Notes: generated by a model from the sequence alone, not told the origin. Counted from the stretch's first letter, positions 13,800 through 28,950 are shown. The stretch is 64,000 nt of DNA from the human T2T-CHM13v2.0 reference genome, Homo sapiens (GCF_009914755.1 NC_060928.1), one strand, 5' to 3'. Translations and numbers: made by a program.

Positions 13800-14670
13800 G
13801 TTAACGCTATAGTTTTTCTTCTGGTTCTCATGGAATGATTATTTGCAAATAATGACTGTTTTAGTTAATGCATGTACTCCTTAATTCTTTCTCTTGTCTT
13901 ATTACATTATCTACAATTTCCTGTACTTCACTGAAAATAGCAGTGATGGGAGGCATATTACTCTTCCCAGAACTAAAAAGGAATACTTCTAATGTTTATT
14001 CGAGTATGATATGGTGAGTGTTTTAACACATAGCCTTTACAAACTAAAGACAGGCTTGTCTTTTCTAGTTTCACAAGAGCTTTTACTTCAAAGGCATTTT
14101 CTGCAACTATTGAAAAGATCAGTGATCTTTCTTTTAGATCTGTGATGATTTACCTTGATATATTTCCTTGCGCTAAATTATTTTATAACCCTAGGGTAAA
14201 TCCTACTTGATCACGATGTATTATATTTTTAACACACAGCTGAATTAAACTAGATAGCATTTTGTTTAAGGGTTCATGTAATTTCAAATATAATTTATAA
14301 TATATAATAATCATATTTTAATTTGGAGCTATATAATTTCTTGTTTTGTACTAGTATTATCTGGTAATGAATTAAAGATATATAAAACCTTGTACAGGTT
14401 TTCTGGTTTTCAAAATCATTTTCTGGAATGAGCCATGTTTAAAGTAGGGATAATGTGCTTCTTTGAAGTTTGTTACAGGTCATGTGTTAAATTATCTCTG
14501 TGGTTTTTTTAGGGGAAATATTAATTACTTTTTGATTCCATAATGATTATTGTTTACAAAATGTTCTATTTTGATAGTTTTGTCAATTTATGTTACTAAT
14601 ATTTAACAATTTCATCTGATTTACCCTATTCATTTGTGTATAGCCGTACATAGTATTATTTTAATATTTG
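13800..14670 (-). mobile_element. Old L1M ORF2 fragment
   Basis: T-rich antisense L1 text (aatagcagtgatgggaggcat, ggcattttctgcaactattg, aaatcctacttgatcacgatg). Confidence 0.7.
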
Positions 14671-14674
14671 TTTT

Positions 14675-15078
14675 TCATTTTTAATTTTTTATTTCAATAG
14701 GTTTTTGGGGAACAGGCGGTGTTTGGTTACATGAATAAGTTCTTTATTGATGATTTCTGAGATTTTGGTGCACCCATCACCTAAGAAGTGCACTATACTT
14801 AATGTGTAGTCTTTTATCCCTCGCCACCTTTCACCCATTACCCCAAGTCCCCAAAGTCCAATGTATGACGCTTATACCTTTGCATCCTCATAGCTTAGCT
14901 CCCACATATGAGTGAGAGCATATGATGTTTGGTTTTTCATTGCTGAGTTACTTCACTTAGAATAATAGTCTCCAGTTCCATCCAGATTGCTGTGAATGTC
15001 ATTATTTCATTTCTTTTTATGACTGACTAGTATTTTATGGTATATATATATATGCCAGTATTCTATAGTGTGTGTGTA

Positions 15079-15113
<35 letters not shown>

Positions 15114-15224
15114 GTGTGTATATTCTATGGTGTGTGTATATATATATGGTGTGTATATATATATGTGTATATATATGTGTGTATATATATATGGTGTGTG
15201 TATATATATATATATTCTATGGTG

Positions 15225-15255
<31 letters not shown>

Positions 15256-16640
15256 CACAGTTCCAAATTTCTTGGAGCCTTTGTTCATTTTTAAAAATTT
15301 TTTTTCTTTGTCTTTGACAGATTGGGTTAATTCAAAAGCCTTATCTTCAAACTCTAAAGTTCTTTCTTCTGCTTGGTTGATTCTATTGGTGAGAATTTCC
15401 AGTGCATTTTGCATTTCTCTAAGTCTGTCCTTGATTTCCAGAAGTTGTTATTATTTTTTATTTATGCCATTTCACTGAAGAATTTTCTTTTCATATCCTG
15501 TCATGCTTTTTATTTCTTTAAGTTGGACTTCACCTTTTTTTGATGGCTTCTTAATTAGCTTAATAATCCACCTTCTGAATTGTTTTTCTGGCAATTCAGA
15601 GATTTTATCTTGGTTTGGGTCCATTGCTGGTGAACTGGTATGATGTTTTGGGGGTGTTAAAGAACCTTGTTTTGTCATATTACCAGAATCATTTTTCTGG
15701 TCCCTTCTCATTTGGGTAAACTATGTTAGAGGGAAGATTTAGGATTCAAGGGCTGTTGTTCAGATCCTTTTGTCCCACAGGGTGCTCCCTTGATATGGTG
15801 TTCTCCACGTTCCCCTAAGAATAGGGCTTCCTGAGAACCGAACTGTAGTGATTGTTTTTTCTCTTCTAGGTCTAGCCACCCCACAGAGCTACCAGGCTCT
15901 GGGCTGGTAGTGGGGAGTGTCTGCAAAGAGTCCTGAGATGTGATTTCTCTTCAGGTCTTGCAGCCATAGATACCAGCACCTGCTTTGGTGGAGGTAGCAG
16001 GGGAGTGAAGTAAACTCTATGAGGATCCTTGGCTGTGTTTTTGTTCAGTGCATTGGTTTTGTGTTGGTTAACCCCCAGTCAGGAGGTGGTGCTTTCAAGA
16101 GTACATCAGCTACGATCCTATAAGGAGGATGCAAACTTGCCCTAGGGACACCTGGTAAAGTATTCAGGTTCCTCAGGCAGTGAGCAGGGCCATAGAGCTT
16201 CCAAGAGATTATGACCTTTGTCTTCAGCTACCAGGGCAGGTAGAGAAAGACACCAGGAAGGGCCAGGGATAAGTATGTCTGAGCTCAGCCTCTCCATGGG
16301 TGCGGCTTGCTACGGCTGCTGTAGGGGATGCTGGTGCGGTTCCCAGTCCAATGGAGTTATATTCCCTGGGGGATTATGACTATTTCTGTTGAGTCATACC
16401 GGTCACCAGGGAAGTGGGGGAAAACCGGCAGTCACAGTCCTTACCCTGCTCCCACGCAGCCCGCAGTCCTAAAGGATGGTCTCACTCCCACCACGCGCCC
16501 ACATCAGCATCTAGTCTATTTCCAGGCAGCTGGTGACTAGGGCTGAGAACTTGCCCCAGACCACAAACCTCCCCATTAAGAAAGCAAGCAGACTTAGAGT
16601 TTCTTGGTGTCTCAGGGAGCCTGCCGGGCTGATCCAGTTC
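14675..16640 (-). mobile_element. L1PB-type element: 3' end joined directly to ORF1/5'UTR (large internal deletion)
   Basis: L1PB 3' end at 14675-15262 (aataggtttttggggaacagg...). ORF1p peptides MRRDQKNDSGNMTKQGSLTPPK.. (15472-15711) and MQNALEILTNRINQAEERTLEFEDK.. (15217-15414). 5'UTR-like text extends to ~16640. Confidence 0.9.
15028..15250. repeat. Compound (TA)/(TG) VNTR within the L1PB 3' region
   Basis: Recurrent tattctatggtgtgtgtatatata units separated by (TA)n/(TG)n runs. Confidence 0.95.
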
Positions 16641-16786
16641 TCATCTCTGTTTATTCCATTTCATTCCCTTTGTCTTTTTCTTTGTTGTTTTCCTTTTTTC
16701 TATTTGTTTATTCTGTTGCTTATCGTCTAACTTTTGAGTTGAATCTTAGGTCATTTGTTTTCAATATTTTTTGCTTCTAATATGTC

Positions 16787-16787
<1 letters not shown>

Positions 16788-16837
<50 letters not shown>
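16788..16837. repeat. (CA)n microsatellite
   Basis: Directly visible. Confidence 0.95.
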
Positions 16838-16839
<2 letters not shown>

Positions 16840-16849
16840 ACCCATAGGC

Positions 16850-18765
<1,916 letters not shown>

Positions 18766-18768
18766 ATA

Positions 18769-19546
18769 CAGTTGAACCTTGAACAATGTAGGGGTTGATG
18801 CCTTGTACAGTCAAAAGTACACATTTAACTTTTGACTCCCCCAAAACTTAACTAATAGTCTACAGCTCACTGGAAGCCTTATTGATAATACAAACATTTG
18901 ATTAACATATATTTTGTATGTTGTTTGTATTACATACTATATTCTTACAATAAAGCAAGCTATAGAGAAGAAAACGTTATTAAGAAAATAATAAGGTTGG
19001 CTGGATATGGTGGCTCACGCCTGTAATCCCAGCACCTTGGGAGGCCAAGGTGAGTGGATCACCTGATGTCAAGAGTTTAAGACTAGCCTGGCCAATGTGG
19101 TGAAACCCCGTCTCTACTAAAACTACAAAAATTAGCCAGGCATGGTGGCGGGCTCCTGTAATCCCAACTACTCAGGAGGCTGAGGCAGGAGAATCACTTG
19201 AACCCGGGAGGCGGAGGTTGCAGTGAGCAAACCTGGGTGACAGAGCGAGACTCTGTCTCAAAAAAAAAAAAATCTTAAGGGAGAACAACAATATTTAGTA
19301 TTCATTAAGGGGAAGCGAATTGTTATAAATGTCTTCATCCTCATTGTCTTCATGTTGAGTAGGCTGAGAAGGAGGAGGAAAGGAAAGGGTTGGTCTTGTT
19401 GTCTCAGGAATGGCAGAGATAGAAGAGGTGGAGGAGTTGGAAGGGGAGACAGAAGAGGCAGGCACACTCAGTGTAACGTGTATTGAAAAAAATCCATGTG
19501 TAATGGACCCTTGCAGCTCCAACCTGTGCTGTTCAAGGCTCAGTTG
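18769..19546. mobile_element. Tigger2-family (MER28-like) TcMar DNA transposon derivative, interrupted by an Alu
   Basis: TIRs cagttgaaccttgaaca / tgttcaaggctcagttg with TA on both sides and typical Tigger2 internal text. Confidence 0.85.
18999..19272 (+). mobile_element. AluS within the Tigger element
   Basis: Dimeric Alu with poly-A tail, a small deletion in the right arm, and TSD-like aaaata/tc..taagg flanks. Confidence 0.95.
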
Positions 19547-20929
19547 TAGTCCGCTCTGCAACCCATATGTTAGATTCTATTTTAGCAGTTACACTTTCAA
19601 ACCCAATATCTTCCATTGGTTTTTTCTTAAATCATTTTCCTATGTTTTTATCATCTTCTCCTACATATCTGAGAATACTTATTATTCTTTCTTAAATTTC
19701 TTGTTTTGCAGGACTATAAATTCTTCTTTTTGAAGAGGCTCTTCAATTTGTTGTCTGTCTTTCATGTCTGTAGGCCTGGAGGAGGAGTAAGTAAAAACCC
19801 CAGTTTGTTCCCATTTTCATGAGTTTAGGAGCAAGGGTTGGAGGCCTGTCTCAGGACAGAAAGCCTTGGCCTTGAAATTGAAGCTTTAGCTTTTGCCATT
19901 GCACCCCATCTCAGGTAATGTTACGCTCTACGGGAAACCTGTGGTTTCCTCTGTTCCAGTCACCATTCTTTTCCAAGAGATGATATTGTCACCTGCAGTT
20001 GTCTGGCCCAGAAGGTGGGAGTTGGTTAGAAATTACCGAGGCATTGACCAGCTTGTTTCCAGACATTATATCTGTCTCTAGCACAGCTGATTCTGGTGCT
20101 GGAGAGACATCACCCAGCCCTGTGCATGGCACTGTGGGCACTGCTGCTATCCTGTCTATCCTTTATAACATGTTAGGAACAGAACAATGTGAAGGAGACT
20201 AATGTGCCACTAGAATGTCTTCCCCAAGCTGAGCCCCATATTTGTGGCACCTCGTCCTGGTCCTCTCCTTTTACAGGATGCTGTTCTTCTTTCTTGCAGG
20301 GACACAACCACTAGTTTATGTGTCTCACAGAGGTTCCTGCTGTTTTGTGTCAAGACAGATGTTGCATTAGCTTCCCTCTTGCTTCTGTGACATCTCTTCA
20401 ATTGGGTTCCAAGGTTGGAGGACATGGCTCATATTAGTTCACAAATTTGTTCATAACTGGAAGCTTCCCCAATTCTATAAAACATACAATTATGTTTTTG
20501 ATACATAAAAATGATTGGCAATTGCTAAGCTGAGTAAAATATTGAGTTTCTCTCGGCTCCAGATGCTGCAAGAAAGTATTATTAAAACCAGCCTGGTCTC
20601 AGAAAAGAAGCCTAAAAATTAATCTCACATGCCTAGAAAAATCTGTTGGTATAACTGTTTTGACTATTCTGACCAAAGTATTTCCAGTAAATTGTACAAC
20701 AACACTACCACACACGTGGGATAGCTGTATACGAGAATAGAGATACTTTATTTCAGGGTCAGAGAGGACAGTTAATTTTGTGAAGCACCAGATGCCTGGA
20801 CAAAATCCCCCGTCAGGGGAAATGAAAAGGAATAGTCCAGTTCTCTAGAATCAAAGAATGAGGCAATTAGAACGAAGGTATCATATTGGGATAATAAGCA
20901 GGTCAGGAACCAACAATAGAGCTCCGCAG

Positions 20930-21010
20930 TAAGGAGGGAAGAAAAAGAGGAAGGAAGGGAGGAGGGAAGAAAAGAAAAAGGAGAAAGGAATGTAGGAAGA
21001 AAGGAAGAAG
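20930..21010. repeat. GA-rich (GGAA-like) low-complexity purine tract
   Basis: Nearly pure A/G run. Confidence 0.85.
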
Positions 21011-21149
21011 CCTGTCATAGGAGACATTTCTAATAGCATAAAATGCAATAACCTTTAGCTAAGCATCAAATTAGACTATTGAACTTGTCCCTGGACAGGT
21101 GATATTCTGTCTATTTCTGAATTCGATAGTAATGAAAAGGACAGCCAGT

Positions 21150-21360
21150 TGTTATTGAGCACTTCAGTGTGCCAAATACTGTGCTAAGGATGTTACTGAC
21201 ATCACCCTGTTCAGTCCTCATGAAATGTATGAGGTCAGAATTATTTTCTACTCTTATTTTACAGATGAGAAAACTGAGCAAGATTTTGTGACTTTCCCAA
21301 GGTCCTACACCAGGCAGAGTAGGCAAAATTTAAACCTAGAAAATTTGACTCTAAGATTAC
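21150..21360 (-). mobile_element. MIR
   Basis: ttattgagcac...tgtgcca...attttacagatgagaaaactgag core. Confidence 0.85.
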
Positions 21361-21869
21361 ATTGTCTTGTAATGCAAAGGTTTCTGGAGATTCTGTGAAG
21401 AGTTCAGAAGTGGTTAAAATAACAACTTTACGTGAGAAGAATAAGACAAATGAAGAAATTCTGAAGGATTCTGTATTCATTTTTCTTTTATAACAGTATT
21501 ATAAGGCATTTTAATAATGGTCTGTAACCTAGATATCCTCTTAGTTAAAGAAAAGAAGATCCTTTGGAGCTACTGCCACGGAAGACTTTTCAACTGGAAA
21601 GGATTTGAATAAAAAGTTGGAACATTTAAGTTAAATAATGCAATAATACAACAACTGAGGAAATTTATTGGAATGTCTTATCAATAAATGTTATAGAGTC
21701 TCTTTTTCTCCTTTAAAATAAAATAGATAAGATTCTCCCAAGGATGATTTAATTGTGGTTCTGCCTAGAAGAGGTGAGATGATTTGGTATGCCGATATAC
21801 AGGCAAGGGGACCGGCGGGAGGGTCAGAGGATGAAGGGCTTTCGCTGGAAGGAATGGGCTTGTTCCAAT

Positions 21870-22257
21870 TCCTGAACCTGCGGATGTGGACCTTGTTTGG
21901 AAAAAAGCCTCTTTGAAGATGTAATTAAGTTAAGGATCTTAAGGTGACATCATCAGGATTATCCCGTGCCTTAAACCCAATGACAATTGTCTTAAACGAC
22001 AGAAGAGGAAAAGATACAGACACAGCGAAGGCTATGTGAAGATGGAGAGAGAGGCTGGATTTATGCAGCCACCAGCCACAGAACAACAGCGACAGCCACT
22101 AGAAGTTGAAAAGGCTCCACCTTCTCACGGAGCATTTCCTTGCCGACGCCTTGGTTTCAGGTTTCCGGCTTCTGGAACTGTGAGAAAATGCATCGCTTTG
22201 GTTTTAAGCCACAAAGTTTGTAATAAGTTTTTATGACAGCCCTAGAAAACTGATACA
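21870..22257 (+). mobile_element. MLT1C/D-type MaLR LTR
   Basis: gaccttgtttggaaaaa..ctttgaagatgtaattaagttaaggatctt...ggaactgtgagaaaat...ttttaagccac...gaaaactgataca. Confidence 0.85.
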
Positions 22258-22833
22258 GGTAAAGATCCAGATAGTATTTCCAGGACCATCGGTATCTCAC
22301 AGGGAACTATGGGAATCTTTATAAAATGAAATGTTGACATAATCATTAACAATCCTAATGAGAAGGACAGGGCTGAATTATCTAATGAAATACATGTGCC
22401 CGTGACGTGCAGAAATTGGACATGCAAAAATGAAATGAAGGGTACATAACCAACGATGCTGGCAAAACAGAAACACTGTGCGGTGAGACTCCTCCCAGAG
22501 AGCAGGCCTTGGCGTTTTATTAACCCTGACACATTCAATGTTTTAATTTTGACCTCAGACAAAGCCATTAAAGCATACTTTTGAAATTTAAGAATGACAA
22601 AGCTCAAGAACAAACTAATATGTTGAAGGATCACCATTAATAGACCAAATTCCAAATTATGAAATGTAGGTAATAATAACATTCATTATTAGTTACTGAG
22701 TGCTTATTATTTGTTAGGTGCTGAGATAATTCTTTAGAAGTCATTAAACCATTTCATTCTCAAAGCTACACCCTGAGATTGACCGACATTTGTCAGTGGG
22801 GAATTGTGGCCACTAAATAACTTAATGTTGGAA

Positions 22834-23129
22834 TTTTTTTTTTTTTTTTGAGTCAGAATCTCACTTTGCCACCCAGGCGGGAGTGCAGTGGCACAATCTC
22901 AACTCACTACGCCGTTCGCCTCATGGGTCAAGTAATTCTCGTGCCTCAGCCTCCTGAGTAGATGGGATTACAGCGTGAGCCACTGTGCCCGGCTAATTTT
23001 TGTATTTTTCATGGAGACGGGATTTCGCCATGTTGGTCAGGCTGGTCTCGAACTCCTGGCCTCCAGTGATATGCCCGCCTCAGCCTCCAAAAGTGCTGAC
23101 ATTACAAGTTTGAACTACCATGGTTGGCC
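22834..23129 (-). mobile_element. Alu (S-type), antisense
   Basis: Poly-T followed by the Alu body; TSD ta(a/g)cttaatgtt(g/a)gaat. Confidence 0.95.
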
Positions 23130-23869
23130 TAGCTTAATGTTAGAATCTTAATTGAGAACCAATACCTAAAATTAGGTAGATAACAGTCTGGTGTTACTTT
23201 GCACAAAACAGATCTCATCACATCTGAAGAACGGTGCTGATTGGGCTTCCTGGCCATAGAGGATCATACTGGGTAGATTTCAAAGGAAAATGAAAACATC
23301 TGGAAGCTAGGTCATCATAGGCTTCATTTGTTATATTGTATGGTGAAAAACAGAATATACTTATTTTTGCGTATCCAAAGGATAGAACTAGGAAGAGTGG
23401 TAGAAGTTACAGAGAGAAAAATGACAACTCTAGGACAGTTTTTTGATAATTAGCACAGTCTAGCCAGGAAACAATCTGCCTCTGCAATGAGAGATCTCTC
23501 TGCGCTTCCAGAGCACCACAGCAGCAGCAGCCAAATGTTATAGGAAAGTTGCAGTAAAGATTCATTCGATTGGACAATGTTGAGCTGAATAATGTCTCTA
23601 ATTCCCTTTGACTCATAGACTCTGTTTCTGTGAGTTTCTGGCATTAGTGGCAAGTGGGGAAAGGTGACAGTGATGTAAAGAGCCTGGAGATGTAAGGAAA
23701 TTCAAAAGAGCAAACTTCATTTTACAATTTCACAAGGTCCCTTAATAATCCATCAGCAAGTCAGATGAATTAGCAAGATAGTTTTCACAGCTGTCTAATT
23801 GAATGTGTAGACACAGTCTTAGCAAGGCACAAGCTAAGCCCTGACTAAGTGGAACCAGTTAAGACTAGG

Positions 23870-24050
23870 CTGTGGACACTGCCACATACTAGTTTTGTGA
23901 CTATGGGAAAGTTACTTATCTTCTGTATCTTACCTCAGTCTTATCTGTAAGATGAGAATGTTAATAGTACCTTATACAGTTTCTTATTGTAAAGATTAAT
24001 GAGTTACTCAGGTAGAGTTTTTAAAACTGTGCTTTGTAACCACAATAAAT
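23870..24050 (+). mobile_element. MIR
   Basis: gccacatactagttttgtgactatgggaaagttactt...cctcagtcttatctgtaagatgag. Confidence 0.8.
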
Positions 24051-27000
24051 ATTGCCACCCAAGTACACATTGAATAAGAGCACAAACAGGTAGTACATGA
24101 CATGAAAATCACATTTTGCACTTAGAAGAACATGTCATGCTCTAGTGCATGGGCGTGAGGTTTTCAGGCACTTACTGAAACTAGGAAAGAAGAAAGATGG
24201 CAGAGATGAACGTTTACTTTTCTCTTGGATTTGAATGCAAGTGGTAAGCCTGCTTAGAGAGTCCCTAATACACCAAAATAAAGGAAAACATTGATGTGAT
24301 ACTGTGTCTACGAAGTGAAAAGACAGGGAATTTATGAAATACGAAGAACAATTTGCAGTCCAAAATGCAGAGCTAAATTTCTGCTCTGCTATTTACCTGC
24401 GGCCACGAGCAGGCCACAGAGCCTGCTAAAGCTCAGTTGTCTGTTGCATAATATAGGAATGAAAATATCTGGCCTGTGCATTTCACAGGGATGTAAAATT
24501 CAAATGAGAGTGCAAACGGGAAAGCTCTTTTAAATCGTAATGCCCAGCACCAGAAAGTGTTGTTCTGACGTGTTGTGGGGGTAAAGTAGTTAAGTTCGTC
24601 AAACAAAACAAATGATCTGATTCCCTTCATAATAACATATGTAAATGTTGTTACCTTAAGTTATGCGAACAGAGGGAAAGTCTGTGTGGATTCAGGCAGC
24701 TGCATGTATTTTTACCAGGCAATATCCCTCCACTCAGGGTATCTTTGCTCAACCGAGCGTTTCCAGATACAGTAGAAGTGTTTGGAGCAGGAGATAGAAC
24801 GAAAGAGAGGGAAAGAAGACATTATTCCTTCCCCCTCCTACTTCTAGCTCCAAACCTGAGTCAGAAATGAATTGTGTGTGTATATGTGTGTGTGTGTATA
24901 CAGCATGTGTGTGTGTTGGAGGGTAGGAAGAGGATAGAGGAGAGAGAAGTTTGTAAGCTTCATACAACACAATATGACTGAAAATGTTCATGCCCAAAGA
25001 TGAGACTCTTCTTTAATATGTGAAAGGGAAGCCCTAGGAAATCACTTTCTAGTATTTTCTAGGGGCAATCACAGGCAATCCTTCTGACTGAATGTGAAAG
25101 GCAACAAAAAGGAACAATAAACATTTTGTCCCTTGTGTTCCCAAATTCAAGGTTTATCATTTCGTTGATATTTTAGCTAGTCATAAATTCTCAGTTCAAA
25201 ATTTTCCCTCAGAATTTTGAAGGTATTTCTCCAAAACCTTCTGTCACTCTGGGTTGTTGATAAGAATTTGGGAGCCATTGAGATGATTGCCTTTTTTTTT
25301 TTTTCCTTTTGGGGATCATCTAGGATCTTTGCTTTATTCTTGATGTGCTAAAATTTCACAGGGAGGTGCCAGGCTGTTCTTAGTCACTGGGATAGAAACT
25401 CTATAAAATCAAGGACTTGGCTTTTTTACTTCTGATTTCAGGCACCTTGTGGCAACATGTCTGGCCCATAATAGGAACTCCATAAATATTCAGCAAATAT
25501 AGTTTTGGGATGAATTTGTATTGTGGGACACTTGAAGGAGACATTTAATCTGAAGAATCCATCTTTATTTTCATAAGCTCTCCTACCCTTTATTTACCCT
25601 TCTACAATCCCAATAATGAGGTAAAGTCTCCCAATTTGTATAGATCCTATGGTAATCTCCACAATCCAAATGGTTGAAACAGTATCTCTGTGCCTCATTG
25701 TTTTTATTTTTTCTACTCAGGGTCATCCAGTGGCTTCATTTATTCAAATAAGCATCCTTTAAAGCAATTATTCATTCTGAGTAACTGAATGGAGCTCAGT
25801 GTAGCAAAGCAGTCTACAATCTGCTTCGTGATTACCTATGACATTTCTTGGGCAAAATAAACCACATTTCTTTTTTCATGAAAGTGGCTACATCAGCAAA
25901 GACCCAGAGCAGTCAACTCACTGATGACAGTCACGTGATTTCCTGAATTTCACAAATAAGTTGTCAGTTAAAAACAAAACAAAACAAAACAAAAAATGTC
26001 TATGGGGACCTTACAATTTCTAAGCTTTTATTCTTCCAGGAAATGATATTTAGAATGCAACTACCATCTGATATTGCCATTATTTCATTAAAAATATTAA
26101 ATTTCAATCCCTAAAACTTAGGATGTATCTACAAAGGGAAAAATTACAGCATTAAATGCATTTTTATTTTTTATATATTCTTCTTTATACATTTATTCAT
26201 TAATGGAGTAATTGACTGATTCATTGTTTCATTTCATTTCATAAAATCTTTTTTGTGTGTGTGAATAAGGATTGGTCTGTGGTGTCCCTGACCCTAAAAT
26301 AAACACACACACACACACACACACACACAATTGTTCTAGGGATCTGACTTCTATCTAGATTCAGTTCAGAATTTTGCATCTTTCCCTGTTCTTAATTTAT
26401 TGTCTTTTGCTATCATTTGACATAAAGAGAAATAAAATATTTGCACTTCTTCAGAAAATTATTTCCATGATGACTGTATTAAGTACCAGCAGTAATCCAA
26501 GACATGGAATTAGAGATGACATTTTTTCTACTTTTATTTTGAAAGACTCCCTATTTTTTGCCTGAAGAAGAGAAATAGGCAAAGAAATATGGATAATTAT
26601 GAAAGTAGTGAAGCCACATCTGATTCCTTTGAGATATTTTTCAAGAACATTTAATCCTTTTAAGCAATGTTACTCTTGTCTTATTGCCAATGTCAGTGAT
26701 AGCTTGGATAATCCTCTAGCTATGAACTAACTGTTTAAATGTGACCTGGCAAGTAACATACTCATTCTGTACTCTAACTTAATATTGCAACGTTTGTCAT
26801 TCATAGTAAATTAAAATATATTTTACCACACTTGCTCTTTTTCCAGTTATTCTTTTGTTGTTGTTGTTCTAGAAAAGATATTGATGCATTTGCTCTTCAG
26901 AACTTGAATGTTACAAACATACTTTGCACATGCTTCTGAGAAGGAAGTTTCCATGTAACTCATCCAAAACTTAAGTGGAGGAGTGGTGGATTTGAACTGA

Positions 27001-27361
27001 CTCTCCAGCAAAGACAAAGCAATAGCATTTTCAATAAAGATATGCAAGTGAAATTAAGAATTATGACAGAGGAGAATAAAAACAATAGATCAGTCCTCCT
27101 TTGGGAGAACAACAACATAAAAAAGCAATGAAAGGGTGCAAATCATTGATGTGACACTTAAAGCAAGCCATTGCACATCTTACACAGTGACTGGCCCTAG
27201 TAGCAAAAAGCCAGATTTGGGAAGTCTCTGAAACCACAGTTTCCTATGTTCTCTTTAACTGAGTAGGTTTACTGCATGAATCAACCCTTCAATCCCACAC
27301 ACCCTCCACCAAACTTCAGTAGAGACAAGAATGGCCATAAATAGCCGGAGAGTAATTCCTG

Positions 27362-27418
27362 TTTTTTGCTTTGTTTTGTTTTTGTTTTTGTTTGGGGGGG
27401 GGGGGGGTTGTGTGTGTT

Positions 27419-27459
<41 letters not shown>

Positions 27460-27758
27460 TTTTTTTTTTTTTTTTTTTGACACAGAGTCTCCCTCTGTTG
27501 CCCAGGCTGGAGTGCAGTGGTGCGATCTTGGCTCACTGCAATCTCCGCCTCCTGGGTTCAAGTGATTCTCCTGCCTCAGCCTCCTGAGTAGCTGGGATTA
27601 TAGGTGCATACCACCACACCCAGCTAATTTTTGTATTTTTGGTAGAGACAAGGTTTCACCATGTTGGCCAGGATGGTCTTGATCTCTTGACCTCATAATC
27701 CACCCTTCTCAGCCTCCCAAAGTGCTGGGATTACAGGCGTGAACCACTGCACCTGCCC
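27362..27758 (-). mobile_element. AluSc-like element with compound microsatellite tail
   Basis: aggatggtcttgatctcttgacctc diagnostic; tail of (TTTTG)n-G14-(TG)n-poly-T; TSD agtaattcctgtt / attagttcctgtt. Confidence 0.95.
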
Positions 27759-28495
27759 ATTAGTTCCTGTTAGACACTGCCTGCAATATGTGCAAGGGCC
27801 ATTCCACTGAGTAAATTGTATAATCTTAAAGTGAACTTCCTTATTGTGATAATTAAATGATAGAACATATGAACCATACCTTAATGAATGGAATTTTCCC
27901 TTCTAACCTCTTTGGCATTTGCTTGACTATTTTTATGGGAGAAGATTATCCCCCACCAACCTCTGTCTCCCTCTAATCTGCCTCTTCTGCTATTAGACTT
28001 AGGCAACCCTATTACGGCAGAGCCTCTGAGGAGTTTCTAGGCATGAAATCCCAGAAGGAACCCTGGATGCTGTAGACTGGATGATGGAGGGCAGTGAAAG
28101 TATGCATACCTGTGAGTTTGTACATGAGAGGAGTGGCTGGGGCTGGGATGAGAACTCTTTTTGCTTGCCTGTTAGAGCTCAGCTTGGATGGGTTGGGGCA
28201 GCTGTCTCTGTTCTCTCAAGGTTAGAGCCACCTTCACCTCAAGAACTTTTCTCCTGTATTTGTTTCAGGTAATTGCTCTCTGTGGAAAGCTTTTTCCACC
28301 CAAGTTGAAGGTGGACAGAGGTGTTCTCCTGTTGGCCTCAGTGTCCTACTGAACTGTGGCTCCCTCTCTGCCCTCTGGTTGTAGCCAAGCATGAGCCAGT
28401 TCTATGAGGAAATTAAAAAGGAACTCTTTGATGTTCAGAAAATTCAAAGAACAAAGGCAATTCAGCCTGACTCTGCTTTGCTATTAATTGGGAGT

Positions 28496-28950
28496 TGTTA
28501 CTGTATTGGGGTTGAATTGTGTCTCCCTGAAAGATGGGCTAAAATTTTAACCCATGGTACCTCAGAATGTGACCTTATTTGGGATTGGGGTCTCTTCAGC
28601 TGTAATTGCATGAGATCATGCTGGAGTAGGATGGGCCCTTAATTCAATATGACTAGTGTCCTTCTATGAAGTGGGGAATTTGGAACAGACACAGAGAACT
28701 CCATATGAATATATGAAGACAGAGACATAGATTGGAGTGATGCTGCCACAAGTCAAGGAACACCTAGGGATACCCGAAGCTGGAAGACGTAAGGAAGTTT
28801 CCTCTCCTAGAGACTTTGAAGAGAGCATGGCCCTGCCAACACCTTAATTTCACATGTCCAGCTTCCAGAACTGTGGAACAATACATTTCTGGCTTTAAGC
28901 CACCCGGTTTGTAGTCTTTTGTTATAACAGCCTTAAAAAAAACTAATACA
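28496..28950 (+). mobile_element. MLT1C-type MaLR LTR
   Basis: gttgaattgtgtctccc...aatgtgaccttatttgg...ccagaactgtg...aactaataca with perfect 5-bp TSD GGAGT (28491-28495 / 28951-28955). Confidence 0.9.

Noticed and set aside
15037-15478. ORFs rich in Y/I/C/V or H/T
   Set aside because: Translations of the (TA)/(TG) repeat and antisense L1.
19295-19733. Acidic and proline-rich ORFs
   Set aside because: Derived from the Tigger2-type element's internal sequence, with no transposase domain.
22242-22682. 146-aa hydrophobic minus-strand ORF
   Set aside because: No recognisable homology or splice context, and it ends in the MLT1 LTR; likely chance.
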